Shown here piece after piece: positions 14,518 to 31,155 of a stretch of 64,000 nt of DNA. Source of the stretch: Balanoglossus misakiensis (taxonomy: Eukaryota > Animalia > Hemichordata). The translations under genes were made by a program, and so were the position numbers. The notes below the pieces were generated by a model. That model ran no database searches, was not told where the DNA came from, and saw only the letters and a program-made list of their open reading frames with translations. The first letter of the stretch is position 1. Each line of letters opens with the position of its first letter. The stretch spans positions 9,907,677 through 9,971,676 of the forward strand of contig CM082592.2 in NCBI GenBank assembly GCA_040954595.2, written 5' to 3'.

Positions 14518-15963
14518 TGTCCGGTAAAGCTTAACTAAGAATTTAAACTTCCAAAATAAATTTAAGCTGGATGGAGTCGCTTACTATTCAGGATAACAAC
14601 ATAGCAACATTTGTTGCCGTGTTGGACTTTCTAACTCTGTACAAGAGCTGAGTGTGTAGGGACCTGTATGTAGTCGGAGACGCGTGTAAAGCGCACCTAG
14701 TGTCGTACACGTCAAGGCGTCCTACATGTCCGGTAAAGCTGAACTAAGTATTTAGACTTCCAAAATAAATTTAAGCTGGATGGAGTCGCTTACTATTCAG
14801 GCTAACAAAATAGCAAAATTTGTTGCCCTGTTGGACTTTCTCACTCTGTACAAGAGCTGAGTGTGTAGGGACCAGTATGTAGTCGGAGACGCGTGTAAAG
14901 CGCACCTAGTGTCGTACACGTCAAGGCGTCCTCCATGTCCGGCAAATCTGAACTAAGTATTTAGACTTCCAAAATAAATTTAAGCTGGATGGAGTCGCTT
15001 ACTATTCAGGATAACAAAATGGCAACATTTGTTGCCATGTTGGACATTCTTACTCTGTACAAGCGCTGAGTGTGTAAGGACCAGTATGTAGTCGGAGACG
15101 CGTGTAAAGCGCACCTAGTGTCGTACACGTCAATTCGTCTTCTATGTCCGGCAAAGCTGAACTAAGTATTTAGACTTCAAAACTAAATTTAAGCTGGATG
15201 GAGTCGCTTACTATTCAGGATAACAAAATGGCAACATTTGTTGCCATGTTGGACTTTCTTACTCTGTACAAGCGATGTGCGTGGAAGGACCTGCCTGTAG
15301 TCGGAGACGCGTGTAAAGCGCACCTAGCGTCGTACACGTCAATTCGTCCTCTATGTCCGGTAAAGCTGAACTAAGAATTTAAACTTCAAAATAAATTTAA
15401 GCTGGATGGAGTCGCTTACTATTCAGGATAACAAAATGGCAACATTTGTTGCCATGTTGGACTTTCTTACTCTGTACAAGCGATGTGCGTGGAAGGACCT
15501 GTCTGTAGTCGGAGACGCGTGTAAAGCGCACCTAGTGTCGTACACGTCAAGGCGTCCTCTATGTCCGGTAAAGCTGAACTAAGTATTTAGACTTCCAAAA
15601 TAAATTTAAGCTGGATGGAGTCGCTTACTATTCAGGATAACAAAATGGCAACATTTGTTGCCATGTTGGACTTTCTTACTCTGTACAAGCGATGTGCCTG
15701 TCTGTAGTCGGAGACGCGTGTAAAGCGCACCTAGTGTCGTACACGTCAAGGCGTCCTCTATGTCCGGTAAAGCTGAACTAAGTATTTAGACTTCCAAAAT
15801 AAATTTAAGCTGGATGGAGTCGCTTACTATTCAGGCTAACAAAATGGCAACATTTGTTGCCATGTTGGACTTTCTTACTCTGTACAAGCGCTGTGCGTAG
15901 TCAGAGTCACGTGTAAAGCGCCACCTAGTGTTGGGAAGTCGTACACGTCAAGGCGTCCTCCAT
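14518..15963. repeat. Tandem array of 7 units of ~209 bp (minisatellite/satellite-like)
   Basis: Unit start TGTCCGG(T/C)AAA recurs at 14518, 14727, 14936, 15145, 15354, 15562 and 15761. Units are near-identical, with no unique spacers. Confidence 0.97.
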
Positions 15964-16491
15964 CTCCTGGATCTTGCAAAACACTCAAATATGGCAAAAT
16001 CTCGGTGGATAGCTTTTATTTCAATATATTAGCTAGTGCATATGCCCTGGAGAGTGGCCACAACATTCCAAACACAAAGTACATGTACACACTGTCGGCA
16101 TTACATAGCATTACGACCAAAACTGTGCGAGATTGTGGTTAAAAAGTTAAATTAACTTGGGAGTGTTTTCATAGAAATGACTGACAGTCGTTATATAAAA
16201 ATGTTTCTCTGCTTGTGCGGTTTTCCTGAATAAATCAGTTCTCATAAACTGACTATTTTTTTCAATTATGGTATCATTATGTTAAACAACAAAGGAAATC
16301 AAACGTGGCCACAGTTGCTAGGTTTTTAAATACAGTTACACAAATTTCATTGTTAGTTCCATCCTATTTTACTATATACATTTCTACAGATTTTATAGAA
16401 AGTCTGTTAAATGCGGTGGATGCTGTGGTACTCTCTTCAATTTTAAAATGCAGCCTTCAGTGTTGCTTGCTGTCAATGAAGAAGCTGATCT

Positions 16492-19301
16492 TCAGTGAGC
16501 ATTGACAAATTCTTCTCCCTTCTTGATGTTCTTCTTCAGCTCGGGAAGTGCGTCTTGGATGAGTTTGTTCTCAAAGTCAGTCAGGTTACCCAGACCAAGG
16601 TTTCTTTCAGTGCCATTTTTCTGAGAAGAAAAATGTGGATTGCATATATTAATCAATGTAACATGTTGGTTATGGAGGTGTGTATAATGTTAGCAATATC
16701 CAGGTGCCCGCACTCTGCACAACCCCATCTAGAGAGTGAGATTGTAGATCATCATGCCACAATTGGATACTCACCCCAAGAAGAAGAGGCGTGGAGAAAT
16801 ATTTGGCTTCAGTGACGTTGGACTCAACAAACGCACACTCAATGACACCTTCCTTGCCATTCAGTGCATCCAATAGCTGTTACGGAGCGAGAAAGAAAAG
16901 AATAAATGAAGTATGTATATCAATATCTGAGAAAATAATGGCGCTGTCCATATGATTATTCAGAATAGATTCAACAACAAAGATATGTCAACTTACAGCA
17001 AAGGTGAATCTGGCACCAGCAAAAGCCATAGACAGTGTAGCAGAACCTGCGCCTGCTTTGGCTTCAACCACTTCAGTTCCAGCATTTTGAATACGCACTG
17101 TCAACTTGGATAACGCATCAGCATCAAAGGATACTTTCGGTGTGCACTGTTGGTGAAAAGAATTGAAGCAGTGTAAGTACACATGCATGGTTTACACAGT
17201 TTAGGTCTGGATTCATGCATAATGCATGGCAATGTATAAAGAAACAATTATGAACGAATGATTCACATAATTTCTTTAAGAAGTTCAGAAGTCACATCAC
17301 CTGAGACACAAGTGGTACAATGGTCACACCGGAGTGGCCGCCGACAACTGGACATGAGGTCTGAGACACATCAAGACCCTTGGCTTCGGCTATGAACGTA
17401 TTTGCTCTGACAATATCTAGTGTTGTCACACCAAAGATCTTCTTGGGGTCGTAAACACCGGCTCTCTTGAAGACTTCAGCTGTGATTGGTACTGTTGAAT
17501 TCACCTAGCACAAAAGTGGCACAATTTAGTAATATAGCAATTATCTACATACCCATAGGCCCCATTGCTGGATTTTCATAGAACTGATGATTGGTTATTC
17601 AGTAAAATGCTACAATAGTAATCGACTTCATCAAAAAAATACAAAAAAGTATGCTTACTGGGTTTGCAATGATGCAGATGAAAGCATTTGGACAATGTGT
17701 AGCACTAGCCTCAGCTAGGGTTTGAACAATAGATGCGTTGGTATTGAAAAGGTCATCTCGGGTCATTCCTGTGAACAGTAGAAGAATACGTGTGTAAATG
17801 ATAGTCTGTACTAGGGCATATTCAACTTGCCAAATGTCAGATTCAAGCTCTGTTGAAACACAGACACTGTCTATGGTTGAAATGAAAAGGCGTCACACTA
17901 ACCTGGCTTCCTTGGAACACCAGCAGGAATAACAACAATTTCACAATCTTTCAGTCCATCACCAAGCTCTTCTGGACCAGTGTGCGCTGTGACACGGGCT
18001 GGGGTTTCGATGTGACTGAGATCAGCGGCAACACCAGGGGTATTAACAATATCATACAATGCTAAGTGACTGATGAGAGGGCTCTCTTTCAGCAGTAGTG
18101 ACATGGGTTGGCCAATACCACCAGCTGCACCTAACACGGCAACTTTCCTGTTCGCCTGTGGAGTTGGAAAGATTTTTTTTACACTTGCGTAACAAGAAAA
18201 ATGCATCAGGGTACGATATGGACGATGGAACCAGGAGAAAATTGACATGTTTACACTGCATTGTTGTACGTGACAATATCATAACAAAAGCTAAGGGCAA
18301 CTGGAGCAGACGAACCCAGGTAGATCAGCTGTGGGAGGCCCCATAACTCATGCACATTTAGTGTACCAAATGCACTTCCATGAATGTACCAAGGCTTGTC
18401 TAGTGTTGTAATAATGTTGCAAAACTCTGATAATCTATTTGGTTACAGGGGTGCATAAGACAAGTTAGCTCTGGACTTATGCGCTGTTTGGGTCTACGCT
18501 GCTCTCCGTCCCCCACAGCTATGGAGCCATGCGTAGGAAATCCTGTTGGGTTGCGGAGCAAAATGATTCGCACCGATTTTCAAACAATAAACTACATGAA
18601 CATGTACATAATGTTGTCAGAAATAAAGATCGAACGAAAATTTCACAAATGGAAACCTACTTGACGTGTTTGTCGCCGAATCGTAAACGTCGTTAACGCA
18701 GCGCCGTAAAACTGGTGACCCTCCCATACAAACACGCCGAGTAAAACACGTGTCGATCACATGACTTAAATGAAGGTGAACGTCCATGTTTGTATGGGAG
18801 GGTCACCAGTTTTACGGCGCTGCGTTAACGACGTTTACGATTCGGCGACAAACACGTCAAGTAGGTTTCCATTTGTGAAATTTTCGTTCGATCTTTATTT
18901 CTGACAACATTATGTACATGTTCATGTAGTTTACTGTTTGAAAATCGGTGCGAATCATTTTGCTCCGCAACCCAACAGGATTTCCTACGCATGGCTCCAT
19001 AGCTGTGGGGGACGGAGAGCAGCGTAGACCCAAACAGCGCATAAGTCCAGAGCTAAAGACAAGTATACTTCGTTGGTTTGAAATTAAACATGAAATAGAC
19101 TGTGTATGTCGTGTGAGTGCAATATAGAGATGCAGACGTGCAGACATGCAGTGTGCACGTGCAGTCTATCGAACATGGGACCGGTAGGTACACACCGGGT
19201 GAGAAATAAAATTGGCAGTTTGAAGTACTTACTCTACTAGAACTGGAAAAACTCCTTGCAAAGACGCAAACGGTGCTCGGTTTGATTATCCTCGAAAACA
19301 T
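16492..19301 (-). CDS. MDH2: Mitochondrial malate dehydrogenase. Exons 19233-19301, 17903-18155, 17659-17768, 17301-17504, 16997-17146, 16775-16876, 16492-16620
   Basis: Mitochondrial presequence MFSRIIKP...ARSFSSSSR, then [71 protein letters not shown], ending ...KGEEFVNAH*. Confidence 0.98.
18466..19055. mobile_element. Non-autonomous fold-back DNA transposon (MITE-like) with ~269 bp terminal inverted repeats, in MDH2 intron 1
   Basis: 18466-18734 is the reverse complement of 18787-19055 (one mismatch noticed), with a 52 bp spacer. Termini are TAG...CTA, flanked by the identical 9-mer AAGACAAGT at 18457-18465 and 19056-19064. Confidence 0.92.
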
Positions 19302-19845
19302 TTTGGGTAGAATTAGTTTATTTGCGCTGATCTTGAAGAGAAGAGTTTGACAAAGTACACTGTACGTTTCCTTACGTGACCCCGACAAGATGGCGATGAA
19401 CTACTACGCATGTGCATAGATTGTCTGCTTCAAAAACCCACAATGCACCACTGCGGTATCTAGGAAATATCCAGGAAGTTCATCACCAAAGTGGATGGAT
19501 ACATCAAGAGCGTGGAATATAAGAATTTCGAAGTTCTTACGATGAAAATACATTTATAAATATTTTATAACATACGATACAGTCTAACACATTTGTGTCT
19601 TAACTTTTAGAATATCTATGGGCTCTTCTTGGAATGCCAGACCTTCGAACTATTTTCAACTTGCGGATGTTTCCTATGTTTAGGTTCGGTGTTGCAAGGC
19701 TGCAGTACCCTTGTGTACAGAATGTCGATGAAATCTAATAGTGTACATGCTGTGATGAGAAATTGCCTGTAAACAAACCTGTTTATCTCACTCTTAGGCG
19801 ATCACAACTTTTATTCTAATCACCACGTCAGCATAAGACAACAAA
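19302..19845. promoter_or_regulatory. Bidirectional promoter / 5' UTR region of MDH2 and STYXL1
   Basis: Divergent ATGs 544 bp apart. YY1-like AAGATGGCG at 19387-19395, NRF1-like ACGCATGTGCA near 19406, ZNF143/Staf-like CCCACAATGCA at 19437-19447. Confidence 0.7.
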
Positions 19846-21674
19846 ATGGCGGGATATACGATGTGCGAACCCACTGAACTGTACAACATCTTACAACAAG
19901 GAACGACGTCGTATCCTTGTCTCAGCGATCCAAATTATCTGCTTCTCCTAGGTAAGAGCAATTTATGATATTGTTTTTAAAAATAAACTTGTTGCTTTTA
20001 AATCTTGGGACTGTGTTGTGGCATATATAGTTTATCTGTGAACAGGAGAGCATCTTGGTGAATATTCATTGTTTTATATTTTCCTCTTCTATTTAAGATG
20101 CAAGAAAAGAACATGAATACAATGAAAGTCACATCATCACATCAAAGAAAGCCCCTAGTGTAAGTTAACTTCTTTTTTGAGCCATATTTGGAATGATTTC
20201 ATGCAAGGGAAACTTCAGTGCAGTTCCAATCTGATCACTCTGACTTTAATATCAATGATGGCATTACTCTTTCAGACAGAAAATGAAGAATTTCTTGTAC
20301 CATATGATGCAGAATTAGAATGTAAAACACATGTAGTAGTCATTGACAATAGCACAAGGAGTTTAACAGACACAGGTAAGTGGGAACATTCATACAATCA
20401 GCACTGAAAATACTGGTTTCCTAGAACCAGTGAAATATATATTAGCACTGATCTCATTGGAAAACAAGTGATTTTCATGGACCTCATATATGGCTAATTA
20501 CTGGACACAAAACTCTCTTGATCAGGTCCTGCCATTGACTGTGCTCAAGTGATGTCGGAAATGGGGAGCAAAAATGCTGTGAAAATTCTCCGCGGAGGCT
20601 ACGAAGACTTCTCAGCACTTTACCCATTCCTAAGAACACAGAAAATCATATACATGCCGAGAGAGCTAGACGATCTTATGACATATCCCATTGAAGTGCT
20701 ACCGGGTCAGGTGTATCTTGGCGATCAAAAACAGTCCTGCAGTGCTGTGGTACAGAAAGACCTGAAGATTAAAGCCAGGGTGAATGTCACGTTAGACAAT
20801 GATGATCTGTGAGTATCGCTTTTGTGACATTTGTAAATTTAATCTGCTTAAATAATAAAGGTTGGTTGGTTCTAGGTACAAGACTGGCATTCACTTTTCC
20901 TTTCTTTCTTTCCAATAGTGGGACAGCAGAGGACTGTGATACATTACAGCTTCCTGTCATTGATGACAATGATGCAGAACTGTTTGTCCATTTCCAGTCA
21001 GCTTGTGAGTTCATAGGTAAGTGGCTGATGATGAAGTCAAAATGTACCACATCTCAAGAACAAAAACAAGTAATTCATTACGAGTTTACACAAAGTGCTG
21101 TCATCAGTATTGTCTTATATTTTCCAAGCATGTCATCAAAACTTTCAAAGGAAATCTATCCAGATTTGAGTTCAGCGTGGGACTGTTGACTGTGATGTAA
21201 ACATTTAAACATTGCTTATTTTCAGAATCACATTCAAAGGACAACAAAGTTGTTTTAGTCTACAGTGATCTTGGTATCAGTCGAAGTGTGACAGTAGTAG
21301 TGGCATATCTGATGTATTATTACAAATGGAGTCTTGAGGTGAGCCAGTTTCTGCTTCAGCTGCCAAAACATCATGTTGGAAGTTGTCTTACTCAGTGTAA
21401 CCAACCAGGATTGATACTGTCTTGAGATGTGTCCGGTCATGTTCATTTTTGTTTGAGTGTATCACCATTTGAGATACCAGAGAATCGTTTAGTAATGTGC
21501 GTGTGTCACCACATCTAAATCTGTGTAATAACTTTGTTTCAGGATGCGTACAGGCATGTTGAAGATTGCAAGTCCACCATCCGTCCCAACAGAGGATTCA
21601 TTGAGCAGCTTTCACAATGGGAAAAAGAAATCCATGGGGAAGCACTCACAGACATTTCAGATCCAAATTATTGA
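19846..21674 (+). CDS. STYXL1: STYXL1 / MK-STYX pseudophosphatase (rhodanese + DUSP domain). Exons 19846-19951, 20098-20159, 20276-20375, 20526-20808, 20919-21016, 21226-21338, 21543-21674
   Basis: N-terminus MAGYTMCEPTELYNILQQ...DPNYLLLLDARKEHEYNESHI, ILRGGYEDFSALYPFLRTQKI, a degenerate PTP loop VLVYSDLGISRS (no Cys), and IRPNRGFIEQL. Confidence 0.95.
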
Positions 21675-22778
21675 CTTTTCCCAAACTACCTTTCCTCTAC
21701 TTAGCATTTTACCACACTGAGAATAAGGTGGTAAAAAGTGTTACATTGTAAATCCCTCCATTTTAACATTCACAAGTACTATTTGCTTTAGTTATCAAAA
21801 GGATACCCTGTAAATACCTGTATATTTTATATTTTCAAAACTGTTGAAAATGTCAATTTGTTTTAATTACTGGTAGTTGCAAAACATTTACTAAAATGCT
21901 TCTACATAGAGTAACATTGTATTCCATGCAAGGAAAGATCTACATTCAAGACGTCATCTTGCACTTTTTTTGTCATGAATGCTTTTAATTTAAATAAATA
22001 TATATATGAGAATCAATTTGTCTCCATATAATTTGTCATCACAGCTTTTGACAGTATACAGTACAAAACCAACACATTTCACTTCACATCTGATTTTATT
22101 GAACATAATTGGTTTCCATTCAATAACTCCTGAAAACAGTGAAAGCAACACCAATACTGAATCAAACAAGTACAACTGACATTGGCACCATTTTGCCCAA
22201 TGTCCATGTCATTGCTTGATCAAACCACAAAATCTGACAAGTTTCTTGACAAATGCTCCAAGAAAACAAGTCTAATGAAATCAGCCACGACATATGTACC
22301 CTCTTTTCCTGTAAAAAATCACACCTGATCTGACGCCAGTTTTTTTGTTCGGTCATCAACGGCAAATGAAAACTACAAAAAATATACTATAGAGAACAAT
22401 AAAATATATATGATTATATATTTGAAAACACTTCAAATTTAACACACTTTTTTATGTTTCTGTCTTCAATGAACTATTAAATGTCTAATCTAGATTAACA
22501 CCATGATATAAATCTCTGAACTTGTTTTCCATGAACACGAAAAATGGCCTCTCCTTTATGACTTGGAAGAATCATGATTATGAAAACAAACTGCTCACTT
22601 TGGTAAACTTCTGAAACTTTGTTGTTCGATCAAGCGCTACCTGATCATACAGTTAAACAAATCTGACTGTCATAAAAAACACACACCCTAAAATCCTCCT
22701 GAAACCACTACTCAAGCCCTGTTTTAACACGAAATGGCCTGATTGTCTTGAAAACCTTGGCTTGTTAGAGCATCCACT

Positions 22779-28374
<5,596 letters not shown>

Positions 28375-29236
28375 CTTGCCGGTAACTAACCTGGTTGGAT
28401 ATTGTAATTATGAAGTCTGCAAAAAAAAAAGGATATTGGATATTTGTGCAACAAATGTGATTAGCTTGTCAACTACAGTACTTTCTTGCTCGATACATCC
28501 CCCCTATGAAATAATCTAACTCAAAGCATAGCAAGTTGGTATGAAACTTTACCTATTAAACTTTTTATTGATGAGGGCGCGGTTCTCGTGCCCCCCCCCC
28601 CCCCCCCCGCAGCGAACATAACCATGTGCATTATGCAAATTAGCTAATAAAAGTTTTCAGGTTTTTCCTCACTCATCAATAACCCTTCTCTTCGGAGATT
28701 ATACAAGTAAAGACGACACACATAAAGCGAGGATTCAGTCATTCCAAATTTATCATTTATAAGTTCTCTCTTGAACAGAGTCTCCCACACGGATTGTATT
28801 CCGTGTACGTGCGTCATTTGAAACTTGTTGTGACGTCGTTAATTTCACCTTCGACTTTCCCCTGATTGTCGTTCAAATTTCATCTCAGAGCCGTCAAACA
28901 TTCAATCACAAAAAACTAGTAACCGTACCACTTACAGCCAACCCTTCGAACAAGTTTCGTCGCATACAATGAGTCAATATTTGACGCTAAAATAAATGTA
29001 AATGCGGATCGGGTCCCGAATGTATATGACCTCAGCGCCGTTCCCCATCACTCCATTATCTCAGTCTCATCTCTGAGGAGTTCCATCAAATTCTCGTCTA
29101 GTTTTTCACGTTCTTACAACCCATCACAGCCAACTTGTCGATTATGAAGTAAACTATCATGACAACGTTTTAAATGTTGGTTAAAAACTTTCAATTTCGG
29201 TCATAAATTTACTCAAAAATGTCCATGTACACTTAC

Positions 29237-29350
29237 CTTCCTACTCAATAAAATGTGTTACGATAACTTCCGAACTCTTCCCGAACGTCGCTGTCACATT
29301 TTGCATCATAGCCAATCAGCGGTTTAAATATGTATTGGTGGGCGTGGCAT
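29237..29350 (-). promoter_or_regulatory. Probable PIWI first (non-coding) exon and core promoter
   Basis: Strong donor AAG|GTAAGT at 29236 and acceptor poly-T GCAG near 28417, just upstream of the ATG. CCAAT boxes near 29312 and 29334 and a GC-box GGGCGTGG near 29340. Confidence 0.5.
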
Positions 29351-29716
29351 CGACGTTTTCTTCCTCATCACTTGCATCCTGGATGAGCTCGAAGCATTTT
29401 TGAAACATTAATTATCATACAAAAACGTTCAAAGGGAGAAGATGGTCTCTTTGCCGAGGTTGTTTTATATTTGATGGAATCTTTTGAGAGGCCAAGATGT
29501 AGGTCAAACTTTGACACAGATTCTATAGAAGAAGTGCGCCCCCTTCCCTCATATATATGTGAAATTCAGGAGTACGGACTGCCCCTATAAAATCTATATA
29601 TTTTATAGAAAGAATAAACAGCCAGAAAATTGCGGATTTTGTTTATAATGGTTTATTTTTCACATCCATTTCTGAGCATTTATCCCAAAAGGAGGCGAAC
29701 ATCTTTAGTAGTCAGT

Positions 29717-31075
29717 TCAGTCGAGCAAGTACATGTGAAGTGCTCCAGCGATGGCGAAGAACAGAAGTCCGACGATAATCGAAAAGAGGAGTCTGCGCCT
29801 CAATGCTCGTTGATACCACGTGCCACCTCTGGTGGCGGTAATGTTGCCTTGGTGATCGAAAAATGTGTACTCGGTAAGACTGTCTTCGCTGCTCTTATCT
29901 GTCGCGTCATCTGCCTGTTTCATGGCCAATTCGGCTTTGCTTCCACGTACTAATTTGCGGACTGCTCCCTTCCACTTGGTTTGTCTACCCTGATATAGAA
30001 AGTAATATAGAATTTACATATTTCCCTTCCTTAATAGAGTCGCTTATCACATGGCCCTGACTGCAGTGACTGGCACCTCTAGTGCTATATTAGAACTAGT
30101 GGAAATATCGCCACTTTCAGCGCAATACTATTCATTTACAGAGTGAAAAAATAATAATGAACATACCTTAGTATTTTCTGTGAATGACCGCAAACCCCAA
30201 TTCAAAGCCTGAAAGTTAATAAAAGAGATCGTTACCACTGACTGACTTCCACAATTTCAACAACCCACCACGTGTGGATAATACCAAAGTTTTGTTGGAA
30301 TTTATAAGAGAATGGAATCGAAATTTATATACATATACTTGCCAAGGACAGTAGATCATCAATATAAGCTAGCTGCTCTGGAGACGGACTCAAATTCTTG
30401 GCTTGGGCAAGATAAGACATAGCCTGTCGTGAGATAAAATGGGACGTAGTCGATGTTAGTATTCTTTAATGGATTTCACAGATCTAGAAAAATGTCTGGC
30501 ATAAATGAAACGATGTGAATAAAATCGTTATACCTGCATGTTATGACCGGTTGTGATTGCAATAGATCCGACCTTTATCAGGTACTGCAGGGTCTTCGAC
30601 TTGTTGCCAGCGGCTCGCCAGTGACGTACCAACTGAGGATAAATGCTATTGAGCTCGCTCTCGTCCTTTCCTTCTTCAGCTGCAAAACTAGTAGTTGAAA
30701 AAACATTTCATCCATTTTCCTCTTTTGATCATGTTAATTGATTTACTCTTTGGAGACAGTTACAAGTAAGTAAAAAATGTAAATTTCGAAATGATAAATG
30801 AAGATTGCTGAAGTAAACCCAGCATGTATAGAAGATAGAAATCCCTTCGATAGCTTTTGTCATTACCATGAAGGGGTTGGTACATTAATTTGTTTCAATT
30901 CTTACCTTTCCTCCGACTGTTTAGCACCGCTCTTAAGTCCCTTTAGCTTGGATTTAAATGAAGTTGACTTTGCTGTGAAAAATGAAAATGTATAAATGAT
31001 TGACAAATGGCGGTGGTGGTTATTTTTGCGGTGATGGTGAAAGGTAGGGACCTTCATCATAAACACAATGGCATG

Positions 31076-31155
<80 letters not shown>

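Noticed and set aside
14518-15963. CRISPR-like array
   Set aside because: Units are ~209 bp, contiguous and near-identical, with no unique spacers and no cas genes. The context is eukaryotic.
18479-19147. Two mirror-image ORFs sharing [12 protein letters not shown]...
   Set aside because: Artefact of the inverted repeat arms. No recognisable protein or transposase motif.
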